This document shows positions 47,497-56,800 of a DNA stretch of 64,000 bases, piece after piece. Every line of letters begins with the position of its first letter. The first letter of the stretch is position 1. The stretch lies in the sequence record MH791414.1. The stretch is one strand, 5' to 3'. Under the pieces are notes generated by a model. The model saw only the letters and a program-made list of their open reading frames with translations. It was not told where the DNA came from and ran no database searches. A program made the translations under genes and the position numbers.

Positions 47497-47645
47497 CTAT
47501 CCCTAAATATATTTGTAGAGATAATATCGAATAGACTCACCCCAAAATATGACAGTGAAGCATTCTTGATTATCTTTTTATAATAATAAAAACGTGTATA
47601 CCATTTGGGCTAGGGAACTAGCCCTTTATTGATTTGGAGATATTT

Positions 47646-47855
47646 ATGGCTAAAAGTATTCACGAAAAGTCTCATGCTAGAGAAGGTCGTGGTGGCGCTA
47701 ATACCGGTAATGAAAAATGGTATAAATCGCCGTTGTGGGATAAAGTTGAAGCAAAACAAATCCCTCTGGATGCAAAACCGGATGCTCTTTTTAAAGAGAA
47801 AGAAGGTGAAGATATTAAAGAAAAGCAAAAGCGGGCCTTTATGTTTGCTTATTAA
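47646..47855 (+). CDS. Hypothetical protein (69 aa)
   Basis: GGAGA SD before ATG 47646. Confidence 0.65.
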   Translation: MAKSIHEKSHAREGRGGANTGNEKWYKSPLWDKVEAKQIPLDAKPDALFKEKEGEDIKEKQKRAFMFAY

Positions 47856-47870
47856 AAAGGAAAATAAGAT

Positions 47871-48407
47871 ATGTTAGTATCGAAATTAGATCTTTGTAGA
47901 GATCTTTATGACCAAGTTTGTAAAATGGCATTGTGTATTCATTCTGATATAAAGGACGACCAAAATAGATTGGTCTTCCCCCCAGTTGAATATCAACAAG
48001 AATTTGCGTGTTTGTCTATTGATTTAGGACGACAGACTGGAAAAACAACTTTTATCGTTGAGTCACTTTTAAAAAATCCAAATTCCATTGCTATAGTAAA
48101 TAAAGAGATTTGGGTTAGAGAATATGAACATATAGAACCGAGTTTGAAGGGTCGTGTATTCAGTCCATCTGGATTTATTAATAAGTTTTATTCTCGCGGA
48201 TCTACTGAACATGTTGTTTTTGGTAGGAATATACCAAAACATGACATTGTGTTTTTAGATGAGCCATATTTCTTTTGTACACAAGGTCAAATGAATTACA
48301 CAAATCGGGAGCACTGTACGTATCCGTCCAAAATGTCCCTAAAATCTCTAATTTTATATGCATCATACCAGTTTGGTGCAGTTAACGTAATGGTTGGAAT
48401 GAAATGA
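47871..48407 (+). CDS. Small P-loop NTPase (LGRQTGKTT ... FLDEP)
   Basis: Walker A and B; resembles a small T4 accessory P-loop protein (MobD.1-like, from recall). Confidence 0.65.
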   Translation: MLVSKLDLCRDLYDQVCKMALCIHSDIKDDQNRLVFPPVEYQQEFACLSIDLGRQTGKTTFIVESLLKNPNSIAIVNKEIWVREYEHIEPSLKGRVFSPSGFINKFYSRGSTEHVVFGRNIPKHDIVFLDEPYFFCTQGQMNYTNREHCTYPSKMSLKSLILYASYQFGAVNVMVGMK

Positions 48408-48805
48408 AATTAATAATGAAGTATGATATGAAACGGATCTCGGATAAAGTATCGAAATTCGTTACATTGGGTTTGGTATCAGTTGCTCGAATCCATTATC
48501 TACATCTTACTACAAATAGTTACCCTAGACACATGGCTCTGGACGAGTTCTATAAAGAGTTCCCAGATGGTTACTTAGATAGGGTCGCAGAGAGTGCTTT
48601 AGCAAACACTCTAACCCTAACCTATACCGAACCTCAACTATCCAATATGGATGCGTTAGAAGTGCTTCAGGGGCTGTATAATGAAGGGGTTGAACTTCTG
48701 GAACTACTGGAAGGTAAGAGGGAATTCAAAGGTACGGTGAATTGTATTGAGGATTCTTTAGAATTCATTAAACTTGTGATATACAAAGTGAAAAGATTCA
48801 ACTAA
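48404..48805 (+). CDS. Ferritin/Dps-like four-helix protein
   Basis: IHYLHLTTNSYPRHMALDEFY...LDRVAE pattern seen in T4-like phage ferritin-like proteins. Confidence 0.6.
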   Translation: MKLIMKYDMKRISDKVSKFVTLGLVSVARIHYLHLTTNSYPRHMALDEFYKEFPDGYLDRVAESALANTLTLTYTEPQLSNMDALEVLQGLYNEGVELLELLEGKREFKGTVNCIEDSLEFIKLVIYKVKRFN

Positions 48806-48843
48806 AAAGGCTCCTTCGGGAGCCTTTTTGTTTTCCCTAAATA
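48804..48843 (+). terminator. Terminator followed by late promoter CTAAATA (48837-48843)
   Basis: AAAAAGGCTCC-TTCG-GGAGCCTTTTT. Confidence 0.85.
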
Positions 48844-48878
48844 CCAAGAGGTATAAATTTAATTTAAGGAAACTAAAA

Positions 48879-49730
48879 ATGAAACGATTTAAAGATTTCG
48901 TACTTGAAGAAAAGCTGATGGTCTTCGGTAAGAAAGCATACCCTCAATTTAATAACGTATTGATTCTAGCCGGTGGTGCTGCTTCTGGTAAAGGTTTTGT
49001 TACTCAAAAGCTTATTGGTATGGAAGGTATTACACTCGATGTGGATAGAGTAAAAGAGTTGGCAATGGCTTCAACTCGTCTTGCTGCACGTATTAAGAAA
49101 GAAACTGGTCATGATATTAAATCCATGAACCTGAAGAATCCTGAAGATGTTGCAACCTTACATAATCTGCTTGCCTCTGAATTCAAAGTAACAAAGAACA
49201 TGGATAAACGTGTATTTAATGGGGTTCTTGCTGCTCCATCAGATCGTAAACCGAATCTTATCTTTGATGTGACTTTAAAAGAAATGGGTAAGATGGCTCA
49301 AATTGCTAAACAAATCCAAGATCTTGGATATGATAAAAAGAATATTCATATTTGTTGGGTAATGAATGACGTTCATGTTGCTATCGAACAGAATAAAACA
49401 AGATCTAGAACGGTTCCTTTGGAGATCTTGATTGGTACACATGAAGGTGCGGCACTAACTTTCAAAACCTTAATGGCTATGGGTGAAGGCGCAAGGAATT
49501 ATGCAGATGGTGATTGGTATATATCTTTTAACAAAGCAGGTATTGATACCAATTGGAAAACCTCTGGTAAAGGTGGTGGATATATGATGGATGCGAATTA
49601 CATGAAGGTTAAATCTCAAGGTAAAGCCCCAATGAAAGCATCTGAACTCGATCAAGCGGTAATTAAAAAGATTACTGATTACACACCTAACCCTGAAACT
49701 TGGGGTATGTTGATGAAACCTAACAAGTAA
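48879..49730 (+). CDS. P-loop kinase-like protein with capsid-targeting-like N-terminus
   Basis: LILAGGAASGKG Walker A; NLIFDVT Walker B; MKRFKDFVLEE start; AAGGA SD. Confidence 0.7.
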   Translation: MKRFKDFVLEEKLMVFGKKAYPQFNNVLILAGGAASGKGFVTQKLIGMEGITLDVDRVKELAMASTRLAARIKKETGHDIKSMNLKNPEDVATLHNLLASEFKVTKNMDKRVFNGVLAAPSDRKPNLIFDVTLKEMGKMAQIAKQIQDLGYDKKNIHICWVMNDVHVAIEQNKTRSRTVPLEILIGTHEGAALTFKTLMAMGEGARNYADGDWYISFNKAGIDTNWKTSGKGGGYMMDANYMKVKSQGKAPMKASELDQAVIKKITDYTPNPETWGMLMKPNK

Positions 49731-49771
49731 ATAGTAATGGGGAATTCTCCCCATTTTTGGAGAAAAATAAA

Positions 49772-50548
49772 ATGGCTATTGTTTATTACAAAGCAGGTGA
49801 AGCGGTTGCGATGTCTTCAACCAATTCCGAAGTTGGAACCACATATGTGTGGAAAAAAGGCACTAGTGTCATTTCCGGTCAGACAGGGAAAGATTTTTCT
49901 ATTTCTGCGATGGCTGAAGGTGATATCGGCGTTTATACTGTTGAAGCAACCCCAACGGCTGGGGATCCGGTTACAGATACATTCTCGATTGGTTTGGTAT
50001 CCCTGAATGATGGTGGTTTGACCCCATCAACCGTACAAGTCACAGAAGGTCAGGCTATCAATTTGACCACTAATTTTTCTGTGTCTTTTAATCCTACCCC
50101 AGATTCTACACAGGCTAGTGATTATTCGCTTCAATACCAATGGAAAAAGCAAACTACCAACGTACCTAGCGCGACAAGTAAAGATTTGACTATTGCAACT
50201 TCTGTGGTTGCTGACTCGGGGACTTATAATATTCAAGTAAACTTGATGAAAAGTTCTTCTGTCTACGTTACATCAACTAGAAAGGTTGCTGACGTTACAG
50301 TTTCCGCAGTTGTTCCAGCTCCCTTATGGTACGTCATTCCACTTGAATATCGTAATACTAGCTTTACTTGGATTGGATATTGGGTACTTGATGAAATCAT
50401 GGCAACACCCGGTTGGTTTGCTGACCATAGCACAATGAAATATAAGGATGAAATTGCGCTTATCGTATCCGCATTCAACGAATACGGTGATTGTTTGCTT
50501 ATGGAATCTCGAAATGGACGGATCCTTAAAGTTAGTGATCTGAAATAA
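49772..50548 (+). CDS. hoc: Hoc-like head outer capsid protein (two Ig domains)
   Basis: Two Ig domains (YVWKK...GVYTV; YQWKK...DSGTYNI) and C-terminal WIGYWVLDEI...ESRNG as in T4 Hoc. Confidence 0.88.
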   Translation: MAIVYYKAGEAVAMSSTNSEVGTTYVWKKGTSVISGQTGKDFSISAMAEGDIGVYTVEATPTAGDPVTDTFSIGLVSLNDGGLTPSTVQVTEGQAINLTTNFSVSFNPTPDSTQASDYSLQYQWKKQTTNVPSATSKDLTIATSVVADSGTYNIQVNLMKSSSVYVTSTRKVADVTVSAVVPAPLWYVIPLEYRNTSFTWIGYWVLDEIMATPGWFADHSTMKYKDEIALIVSAFNEYGDCLLMESRNGRILKVSDLK

Positions 50549-50552
50549 TAAT

Positions 50553-50587
50553 AGGCTCCTTCGGGAGCCTTTTTCATTTCCTAAATA
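50553..50587 (+). terminator. Terminator followed by late promoter CTAAATA (50581-50587)
   Basis: AGGCTCC-TTCG-GGAGCCTTTTT. Confidence 0.85.
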
Positions 50588-50606
50588 AAAATAAAAGGAT
50601 TCACCA

Positions 50607-51035
50607 ATGTTGTATAAAAAAAGTTTAGGTATAGAACGGCATAACATGCCACAAATAGAAGCTAAAAACGTCCCAATTTTTCTAGAATGGTTGATGATAC
50701 AGACTAGTAAACCATGGAAAAAAGAGGCGGTTCGGGTAGGTTCTTTACTTCCTACTCAAAAAGAATATAATCCAGAAAAAGTAAAAAATATGATGAATGC
50801 ACCCGATGAAGTTTTGACAAAACCAATTATAGTTTCTTCTGATAACTATATTTTGGATGGACATCACAGATATAGTGCTATGCTAGAGAAAAACCCATTT
50901 ATGAATTTTGAGATCTTCCGGGTTGACTTGGATATCAAAGAACTGTTAGAATACGCCGACAGATTTCCTTTGACCTTCAAAAAAGGGTTAAATGAAAAAA
51001 TTAGTTTCTTACAGTTCCAAAAGAGGTTTATTTGA
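50607..51035 (+). CDS. ParB/Srx N-terminal-like domain protein
   Basis: LLPTQ...PIIVSSDNYILDGHHRY. Confidence 0.75.
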   Translation: MLYKKSLGIERHNMPQIEAKNVPIFLEWLMIQTSKPWKKEAVRVGSLLPTQKEYNPEKVKNMMNAPDEVLTKPIIVSSDNYILDGHHRYSAMLEKNPFMNFEIFRVDLDIKELLEYADRFPLTFKKGLNEKISFLQFQKRFI

Positions 51036-51604
51036 TGGCTAGTTTGCACTTTCATTATGCAGCGATGAATTCTGGTAAGTCTACTCACTTGCTACAAGTT
51101 GCACACAATTACGAAGAACGTAACATGAATGTTCTCGTTATAAAACCAATTATCGATACAAGGGATGGAGATACCGTATCAGCCCGGATTGGTATCTCAA
51201 GACCAGCAATTATGGTATCTGAGAAAGAAAATTTGACAGACCTTTATCTTAGCTATAGAATCGGGAAAAAAATTGATTGTATTTTGGTTGATGAAGCACA
51301 ATTCTTGACTAAAGCCCAAGTATATCAACTCGGAAATATAGTGGATTGGTATGGTGTACCTGTGATGTGCTATGGTCTTCTTTCCGATTCAAACGGTGAA
51401 CTTTTTCCCGGATCCGCAGCTTTGACCGTTTTAGCAGAAAAGAAGGTGGAACATAAGACCATCTGTTGGTGTGGGAAAAAAGCTACTATGAACATGCGTA
51501 TTGATGAAGCAGGAAACAAAGTGATTGGTGAACAGGTTTGTATTGGTGGTAACGACAGATATGTTTCTGTGTGTCGTGAACATTGGTCCTCTGGTAAGTC
51601 GTAA
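51035..51604 (+). CDS. tk: Thymidine kinase
   Basis: YAAMNSGKSTHLL, ILVDEAQFL, CWCGKKA and YVSVCREH. Confidence 0.96.
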   Translation: MASLHFHYAAMNSGKSTHLLQVAHNYEERNMNVLVIKPIIDTRDGDTVSARIGISRPAIMVSEKENLTDLYLSYRIGKKIDCILVDEAQFLTKAQVYQLGNIVDWYGVPVMCYGLLSDSNGELFPGSAALTVLAEKKVEHKTICWCGKKATMNMRIDEAGNKVIGEQVCIGGNDRYVSVCREHWSSGKS

Positions 51605-51633
51605 AAAGGATCCCCTTGTGGGGATCCTTTTTT
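51603..51633 (+). terminator. Intrinsic terminator
   Basis: AAAAAGGATCCCC-ttgt-GGGGATCCTTTTTT. Confidence 0.85.
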
Positions 51634-51634
51634 C

Positions 51635-51663
51635 TTGACAACTGTAAAAAATTAGTTTAATCT
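51635..51663 (+). promoter_or_regulatory. Sigma70-type early promoter TTGACA-N17-TAATCT
   Basis: Directly after the terminator, upstream of an operon of small ORFs. Confidence 0.7.
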
Positions 51664-51685
51664 ACCAAGACAAATGGAGGTATCT

Positions 51686-52174
51686 ATGAGTAATAAGAAA
51701 TATATTAAGTCGTTAGGTCACAACGAGGTTGTAAAATGTTTGGGGTTTCCTTTTGGTATTCTGGATCATTTTCCTGCTAGGTCATATTGGCATCCAGAAA
51801 CTAGAGGATATAAGACAAAAATTTTTCCACCAGTTGTTTGCTTTACAGATGCTCTTTGGGCAGTTAGGCTTTTTGAAAAACGACTTAGAAAAGTAGGATA
51901 TAAGCTTGATGGTTTCTATACCTTGGATTTTTCTGTTCTGTCTATGAATGACTGTGAATTTGATTATAAATATCATAACAGTATTGGATTCACATATAGA
52001 CATGATATAGATAAAATTCTCATTCGACTGATTGTTGACGGCGAACCTATCTGTGTGAGATACTTAGGCCAGAATCGAGAATTTCTAAATATTTTTCAGA
52101 ATTTTGGTGTGTTTAACCAACCACCAGACGAAATTATTAAATTTGTACAAGATTGTAGAGATAATGTTAAATGA
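51686..52174 (+). CDS. Hypothetical protein
   Basis: GGAGGT SD before ATG 51686. Confidence 0.7.
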   Translation: MSNKKYIKSLGHNEVVKCLGFPFGILDHFPARSYWHPETRGYKTKIFPPVVCFTDALWAVRLFEKRLRKVGYKLDGFYTLDFSVLSMNDCEFDYKYHNSIGFTYRHDIDKILIRLIVDGEPICVRYLGQNREFLNIFQNFGVFNQPPDEIIKFVQDCRDNVK

Positions 52175-52497
52175 GATACACAAGAGAAGTCACAGTAACA
52201 AAAACCTATGAAGTTAGCATCGAAGATTTTGTAAACTACCACCTTCGAGAGATCCGACCATACGAAGATGTATATGACTTTTATGTTTCTTCTAATAATG
52301 GGTTTATCAGTCGATGTTTTTCATTGAAAAAATCGTTGTTCTCCTCTTATGATTGTGATATATTGGATTTTGAACCTAGCTCTTGTACAGAAGGATATAA
52401 AACAAAATATCCTGAAAATTACGAGAAACACAAGAAAGTATGTCAAGTGTTGATTGAAGTGTTTAACAAAAACAAAAAACTAGTTGGAGAAGAATGA
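52171..52497 (+). CDS. Hypothetical protein (108 aa)
   Basis: ATGA overlap coupling. Confidence 0.7.
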   Translation: MRYTREVTVTKTYEVSIEDFVNYHLREIRPYEDVYDFYVSSNNGFISRCFSLKKSLFSSYDCDILDFEPSSCTEGYKTKYPENYEKHKKVCQVLIEVFNKNKKLVGEE

Positions 52498-53102
52498 TGT
52501 CAAGTGGAAAAGCAACTTTGCGGTCTACCGCAAAACATGCACGACGTCAAGCACAAAACCGTCGTTGTATTAAAAAGTTTTTGTTGGGGGTTGGCCTAAC
52601 TGGGAAATCCGAAGGCTTGAAGGATCTACATAGCTATTTTGATTCTGGTCATATTTCGTGGCGAATTCGACATATCAAGAAAAAACTAATAGAACATTTA
52701 AATTGTAACAATTTTGGTGCAAGTGAATTGCAGTTTAAATTTGTTAAGGCGAGTTATTCGGCGGAGGGTTCCGACACATGGCATTTTGTTGTATTGCCAG
52801 ATAACCACAAACGGTTTGGTAATTTTCTAAACTCCCTTAATATTCGGTGGTCTTTTAAAGGGTATGGGCAAGAGATAATTATCCCCATTATTCAGGAATT
52901 GGAAGATAAACCAGTAAAATACCGTCAACCAAAAATCGAAATCTCCGTAGGTGTTGTTGGGGATAGTGTGGTCTCTCTGATGAAACACATCGACGAACTA
53001 TCTATATTGAAAGTTGATCTTAGTCAAAAGATGGTGCGTGTTGATAACGACATTCGTATTGCAAAACAAAAATTGTCTAAAATTATGACGAAATATCTAT
53101 AA
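52494..53102 (+). CDS. Hypothetical protein (202 aa)
   Basis: ATGA coupling; C-terminal coiled coil. Confidence 0.7.
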   Translation: MMSSGKATLRSTAKHARRQAQNRRCIKKFLLGVGLTGKSEGLKDLHSYFDSGHISWRIRHIKKKLIEHLNCNNFGASELQFKFVKASYSAEGSDTWHFVVLPDNHKRFGNFLNSLNIRWSFKGYGQEIIIPIIQELEDKPVKYRQPKIEISVGVVGDSVVSLMKHIDELSILKVDLSQKMVRVDNDIRIAKQKLSKIMTKYL

Positions 53103-53107
53103 ATACT

Positions 53108-53137
53108 GTTTACATCGATACACCTTTGATGTAATAT
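53108..53137 (+). promoter_or_regulatory. T4-type early promoter GTTTACA-N17-TAATAT
   Basis: Matches the T4 early -35 GTTTAC; a TATAAATA also occurs at 53098-53105. Confidence 0.7.
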
Positions 53138-53165
53138 GGATTTGTTGATTAGGAACGGAGAAGAT

Positions 53166-53504
53166 ATGAAAACCATCGACTGTAAAGACCCATATGTTGA
53201 GTTTTACCATGGTTCTTGTACCAAGGCGTTGAAAGGAAACATGCTTCTCCCACCAGAAATGACCGAAACTATCTCTGAGAAGGGTAGAAAGAAAAACCTA
53301 GACCGGGTATTTTTTACCAAAGACCGTGGACTTGCAAAGGTTTATGCTCGTAGGGCGGCCCGCTCTATCGGTGGTGAACCTACATTGTTTCGTGTTGTTT
53401 GTCCTGTAGATACTGTTTTTATGTCTGAAACTCCGGGTGCAACTGTGTATCATGCAGCTTGGGCCTTTGTTGAACAAATCCCATTCGGAAAACTGAGCGA
53501 TTAA
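53166..53504 (+). CDS. Small ADP-ribosyltransferase-fold protein (Arr-like)
   Basis: FYHGS...L.P...RVFFT....A..YA......GEP.LFRV resembles Arr-type NAD-binding strands. Confidence 0.6.
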   Translation: MKTIDCKDPYVEFYHGSCTKALKGNMLLPPEMTETISEKGRKKNLDRVFFTKDRGLAKVYARRAARSIGGEPTLFRVVCPVDTVFMSETPGATVYHAAWAFVEQIPFGKLSD

Positions 53505-53514
53505 GGAAATTATT

Positions 53515-53889
53515 ATGGAATTCAAACTTGACGATTCGAATCTGGTTATTAACCATCTGTTTCTGGACCAGTCCGACGAAATTTTGGAAAAGATCCGAGA
53601 AACCCGAAATAAAGACATTAAAGATGAACCTTTCAAGCTTTCTATCCTGATCAATGGTGTTCAAATTGAGCACGTTCAATCATATGAAGACTTCATGAAG
53701 TATCAATACGAAGTGATGGAAAACCGCATCAAGAAAGATTATGGTGTTGAACACTTTGATCGCCGGGTGCGTGAAGCCGCCGAACAACTTATCAAGCAGA
53801 AGTTTGGTGATTTGATGAACAAAATGTACGATTTTGAAAATTCTGTTGATTTTTGCAACGATGTAATTCAAAAAGAGTGGGGGATGTGA
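53515..53889 (+). CDS. Hypothetical protein (124 aa)
   Basis: AAGGA SD; helical. Confidence 0.75.
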   Translation: MEFKLDDSNLVINHLFLDQSDEILEKIRETRNKDIKDEPFKLSILINGVQIEHVQSYEDFMKYQYEVMENRIKKDYGVEHFDRRVREAAEQLIKQKFGDLMNKMYDFENSVDFCNDVIQKEWGM

Positions 53890-54395
53890 TGAAAAAGCTT
53901 TATGTAGAAAAATCAGTAATGAAAGAAGTACAAGGGAGTATGGTTGAAGAGGGATGCGGATTTAACTATAAATCAACACGTCTAGTTGTGTCTGTTATTA
54001 AAAAAACTCAGGGTGTAGTATCGCAACTTATCGCATCTAATACAGGGATAACTATTATTCTAGATCAGATTAATTCAGCTGGAGGTGTTCGTGTTTCTGA
54101 ATATACTTCAAATGGGTCTGTTTCTGATGTAACTGATATATCTATGTTTGGGATGACCTTACTGAACGGAGATCTGTTTACAAAAAAACAAGAGAAAGTG
54201 ACTGAATTTAGGCAGCTTCAAATCGGCGACGTTCTCACTATTGGTGTCCGTAGAAACAAAAACCCAAAAGATATTTCCGTTTCCTTTATTGGTCAGGATG
54301 GTTCTGCTTTCGCGACGGATTGTAATGGTAAATCATACTTCATCAATAGAAACGACCGGGATCAACTAAAATCTCTGAAATTGAAATTGATGTAA
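53889..54395 (+). CDS. Hypothetical protein (168 aa)
   Basis: TGATG coupling at 53889. Confidence 0.7.
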   Translation: MKKLYVEKSVMKEVQGSMVEEGCGFNYKSTRLVVSVIKKTQGVVSQLIASNTGITIILDQINSAGGVRVSEYTSNGSVSDVTDISMFGMTLLNGDLFTKKQEKVTEFRQLQIGDVLTIGVRRNKNPKDISVSFIGQDGSAFATDCNGKSYFINRNDRDQLKSLKLKLM

Positions 54396-54403
54396 TAAAT
54401 TGT

Positions 54404-54433
54404 TTGACACGTCCAATCACTATCTGATATTCT
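54404..54433 (+). promoter_or_regulatory. Sigma70-type early promoter TTGACA-N18-TATTCT
   Basis: TG extended -10; upstream of 54464. Confidence 0.6.
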
Positions 54434-54463
54434 CTATCTCGTAAACAAACAAGAGGATTTATC

Positions 54464-55033
54464 ATGAAAAAAGATACTATTGTTAAACTGAACCCGAACT
54501 CGATGTGGGCTGACGGTACGGCTGAAAATCCGTTAGATACTACCGGTCGGGTCACTCAAAACTGTAGTAGTTGGGTCTATGTTCAGTGGGATAACGGTTG
54601 TGAAAACGTATATGATGATATCGATCTGATCGTTTTGTCTGAACCGGTCGAAACCGTGAACCTCCCGGTTGTCGAGCAGGATTACGGAAGCGGGAAATTT
54701 AACGACGATTTTGTCAAGTCTGTCATGAAAGAAATCGAAGAATATCACAAACAATATCTGGTAGATCATCCTCATGACTGGGATTGTGTTGGTTGGGCAA
54801 ATGTTTGTGTCGAGTTCGGTCGTAAACGCAAGCTTAAACAACAAATCCTCGATCTTGGTTTTGAAATTGCATTCAAAACCGGTACAGAAACTGTACTAAA
54901 TCCTAAATTCAAGGTCCCGAATTGTGGTCATCAATCAATGACTTATAACGAGGACCGATATCGGATCATCTGTAAAGAAATAAATAACATCGTCGGTGAA
55001 AAAGTCGCCTACATTAAATCTTATATGGACTAA
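54464..55033 (+). CDS. Hypothetical protein (189 aa)
   Basis: GAGGA SD. Confidence 0.75.
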   Translation: MKKDTIVKLNPNSMWADGTAENPLDTTGRVTQNCSSWVYVQWDNGCENVYDDIDLIVLSEPVETVNLPVVEQDYGSGKFNDDFVKSVMKEIEEYHKQYLVDHPHDWDCVGWANVCVEFGRKRKLKQQILDLGFEIAFKTGTETVLNPKFKVPNCGHQSMTYNEDRYRIICKEINNIVGEKVAYIKSYMD

Positions 55034-55036
55034 AAT

Positions 55037-55564
55037 ATGGAAACAAAACAATTTAAATTCAAAAGTTTAGAAGCCCGGAAAAAATTCAAGTCTGCGGGGA
55101 AAACCAACCAATTCATTCTGGATAATTATTTTAAAATCGGTATTCTGAACCTCAGTTTCACCGAGTTGCTTAACGCACCCCAACGTGGTTTTATCAATCA
55201 TTTTATTGACAAGGATGGTAATGAAGTGATTGACGATATTAATGTAATTGATATCGATGAATTTACAGAACTGTTTGAAGAAAAACCGGAATCCAAATCG
55301 AAAGTTGGGTCTCCTGAAAAAGGTGTTCTTGATGAGGATCTATTGTTTCAGCATATTTCACGAGAGCTAGGAACTGAACCTTTACAAAAATCTCAAGAAC
55401 CGTTTAAGAGTTCCGTTCTTATTGAAGCCCCATTGAAACCGATTAATTGGTCCCTAGAAAAGGCTATTATGGAGATGGTTCTTAGGGAATATAAAACAGC
55501 TGGTGATATGGATATCCGTATTACCATTAAAAATGGTAAGGTGGAATACAGTGTTAAACTCTAA
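55037..55564 (+). CDS. Hypothetical protein (FKFKSLE motif family)
   Basis: N-terminus resembles 26272 and 55551. Confidence 0.7.
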   Translation: METKQFKFKSLEARKKFKSAGKTNQFILDNYFKIGILNLSFTELLNAPQRGFINHFIDKDGNEVIDDINVIDIDEFTELFEEKPESKSKVGSPEKGVLDEDLLFQHISRELGTEPLQKSQEPFKSSVLIEAPLKPINWSLEKAIMEMVLREYKTAGDMDIRITIKNGKVEYSVKL

Positions 55565-55835
55565 CGATCTACCAGAAAGGATGTTAGTACGAGGTCGATA
55601 TGAATTTCGATCTCTTGAAGCTAGGTATGACTACCGGACTCGCACCATACAAAATCGTTTTAATTATGAATTGCTAAAAGATGGTTTCCGGATTTTTCAT
55701 ATCGACGAAGACGAAAATGTAATTGCGATTTGTAGTTTGGATGATGTTCATGGCGAGCGTCCTTTCTATTTGAACGATGGGACGGTTTTTATTAATCGTT
55801 CTGAGAGTGTGTTGTTTATTAGGAAAATTGAATGA
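55551..55835 (+). CDS. Hypothetical protein (YEFRSLE motif family)
   Basis: Probable GTG start at 55551 after AAGGTGG; start uncertain. Confidence 0.6.
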   Translation: MLNSNDLPERMLVRGRYEFRSLEARYDYRTRTIQNRFNYELLKDGFRIFHIDEDENVIAICSLDDVHGERPFYLNDGTVFINRSESVLFIRKIE

Positions 55836-56119
55836 ACCTAAAACATATCAAAATATTGTGTCGTAATTTCGGTAGAGACGCCGAAATTATTTTGAACAAC
55901 GAAAAACACATGGGATTTAAGGATTGGAGTTACGATTTCGTTACTCTTGACGAAAGTCGAGAGGAAGAATTCAATAACAATACGGTAAATTTTTATTTTA
56001 TCTCCGGTGGGAATACAATTTTCCATCCTGTCAACTTGGTCGTTTTGGATAGTTCACCAGACTGGGTTGTTGGTGAGTTTTATAAAGAGATCCACGAATA
56101 TAATAAAGGTATGAAATGA
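55832..56119 (+). CDS. Hypothetical protein (95 aa)
   Basis: ATGA coupling on both sides. Confidence 0.7.
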   Translation: MNLKHIKILCRNFGRDAEIILNNEKHMGFKDWSYDFVTLDESREEEFNNNTVNFYFISGGNTIFHPVNLVVLDSSPDWVVGEFYKEIHEYNKGMK

Positions 56120-56613
56120 AAATTAAATATATCTCCGGTGATATGATTGATATGATGAAAGATCCGGAATGGCTAAAAGTCCCGACAATTTTTGTTCATG
56201 GTTGTAATTGTCATACAGCAATGAATTCTGGTATTGCGGGTGGTATTTCGAAATTTTTCCCTGAAGCCCCAGAAGCAGACCGTCTTTATCAAAAGTTGTT
56301 CAAACAAAAAGATGGAACCGTTTCTATGGATATGCTTGGATTATATAGTTGGATTCCACTTGAATATGGTTCTAAACTTGTAAATCTATACACCCAATAT
56401 TTCCCCGGTCCAGATCTTCGTTTAGAAGCTTTAGAAGAAGGGTTTATTAATATTGCGTCAGATTATGGATATGATGGATATCGTTTAGTCTTTCCAAAAA
56501 TCGGTGCAGGTATTGCCGGTGGTGATTGGGAAGTAATTTCAAAGGTTATCGAGAATACATTGGACGATGACGATTTTGAAGAAGTCATTTGTGTTGAATG
56601 GGATAAACGATGA
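56116..56613 (+). CDS. tk.4: Macrodomain protein (T4 Tk.4-like)
   Basis: YISGD, HGCNC...M.SGIA, NLYTQ and FPKIGAGIAGGDW. Confidence 0.9.
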   Translation: MKIKYISGDMIDMMKDPEWLKVPTIFVHGCNCHTAMNSGIAGGISKFFPEAPEADRLYQKLFKQKDGTVSMDMLGLYSWIPLEYGSKLVNLYTQYFPGPDLRLEALEEGFINIASDYGYDGYRLVFPKIGAGIAGGDWEVISKVIENTLDDDDFEEVICVEWDKR

Positions 56614-56789
56614 CCCACAACCCAACAGAATTAGAGGTCATCTATGCGGAGATGTATGAAAGTTTGTTGTTGAGGCTAGGAAGACCATACGCCGATATAG
56701 AAATGATATTGATCCTTCAACACGAAGGCTTATCTTCAACCGAGTCAATTAAAGTAGTTGAGTACGTTAGGAAAGTGAACGGGATTTAA
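56610..56789 (+). CDS. Small hypothetical protein (59 aa)
   Basis: Manual translation MTHNPTELEVIYAEMYESLLLRLGRPYADIEMILILQHEGLSSTESIKVVEYVRKVNGI; ATGA coupling. Confidence 0.6.
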   Translation: MTHNPTELEVIYAEMYESLLLRLGRPYADIEMILILQHEGLSSTESIKVVEYVRKVNGI

Positions 56790-56800
56790 TATATCTCTCA

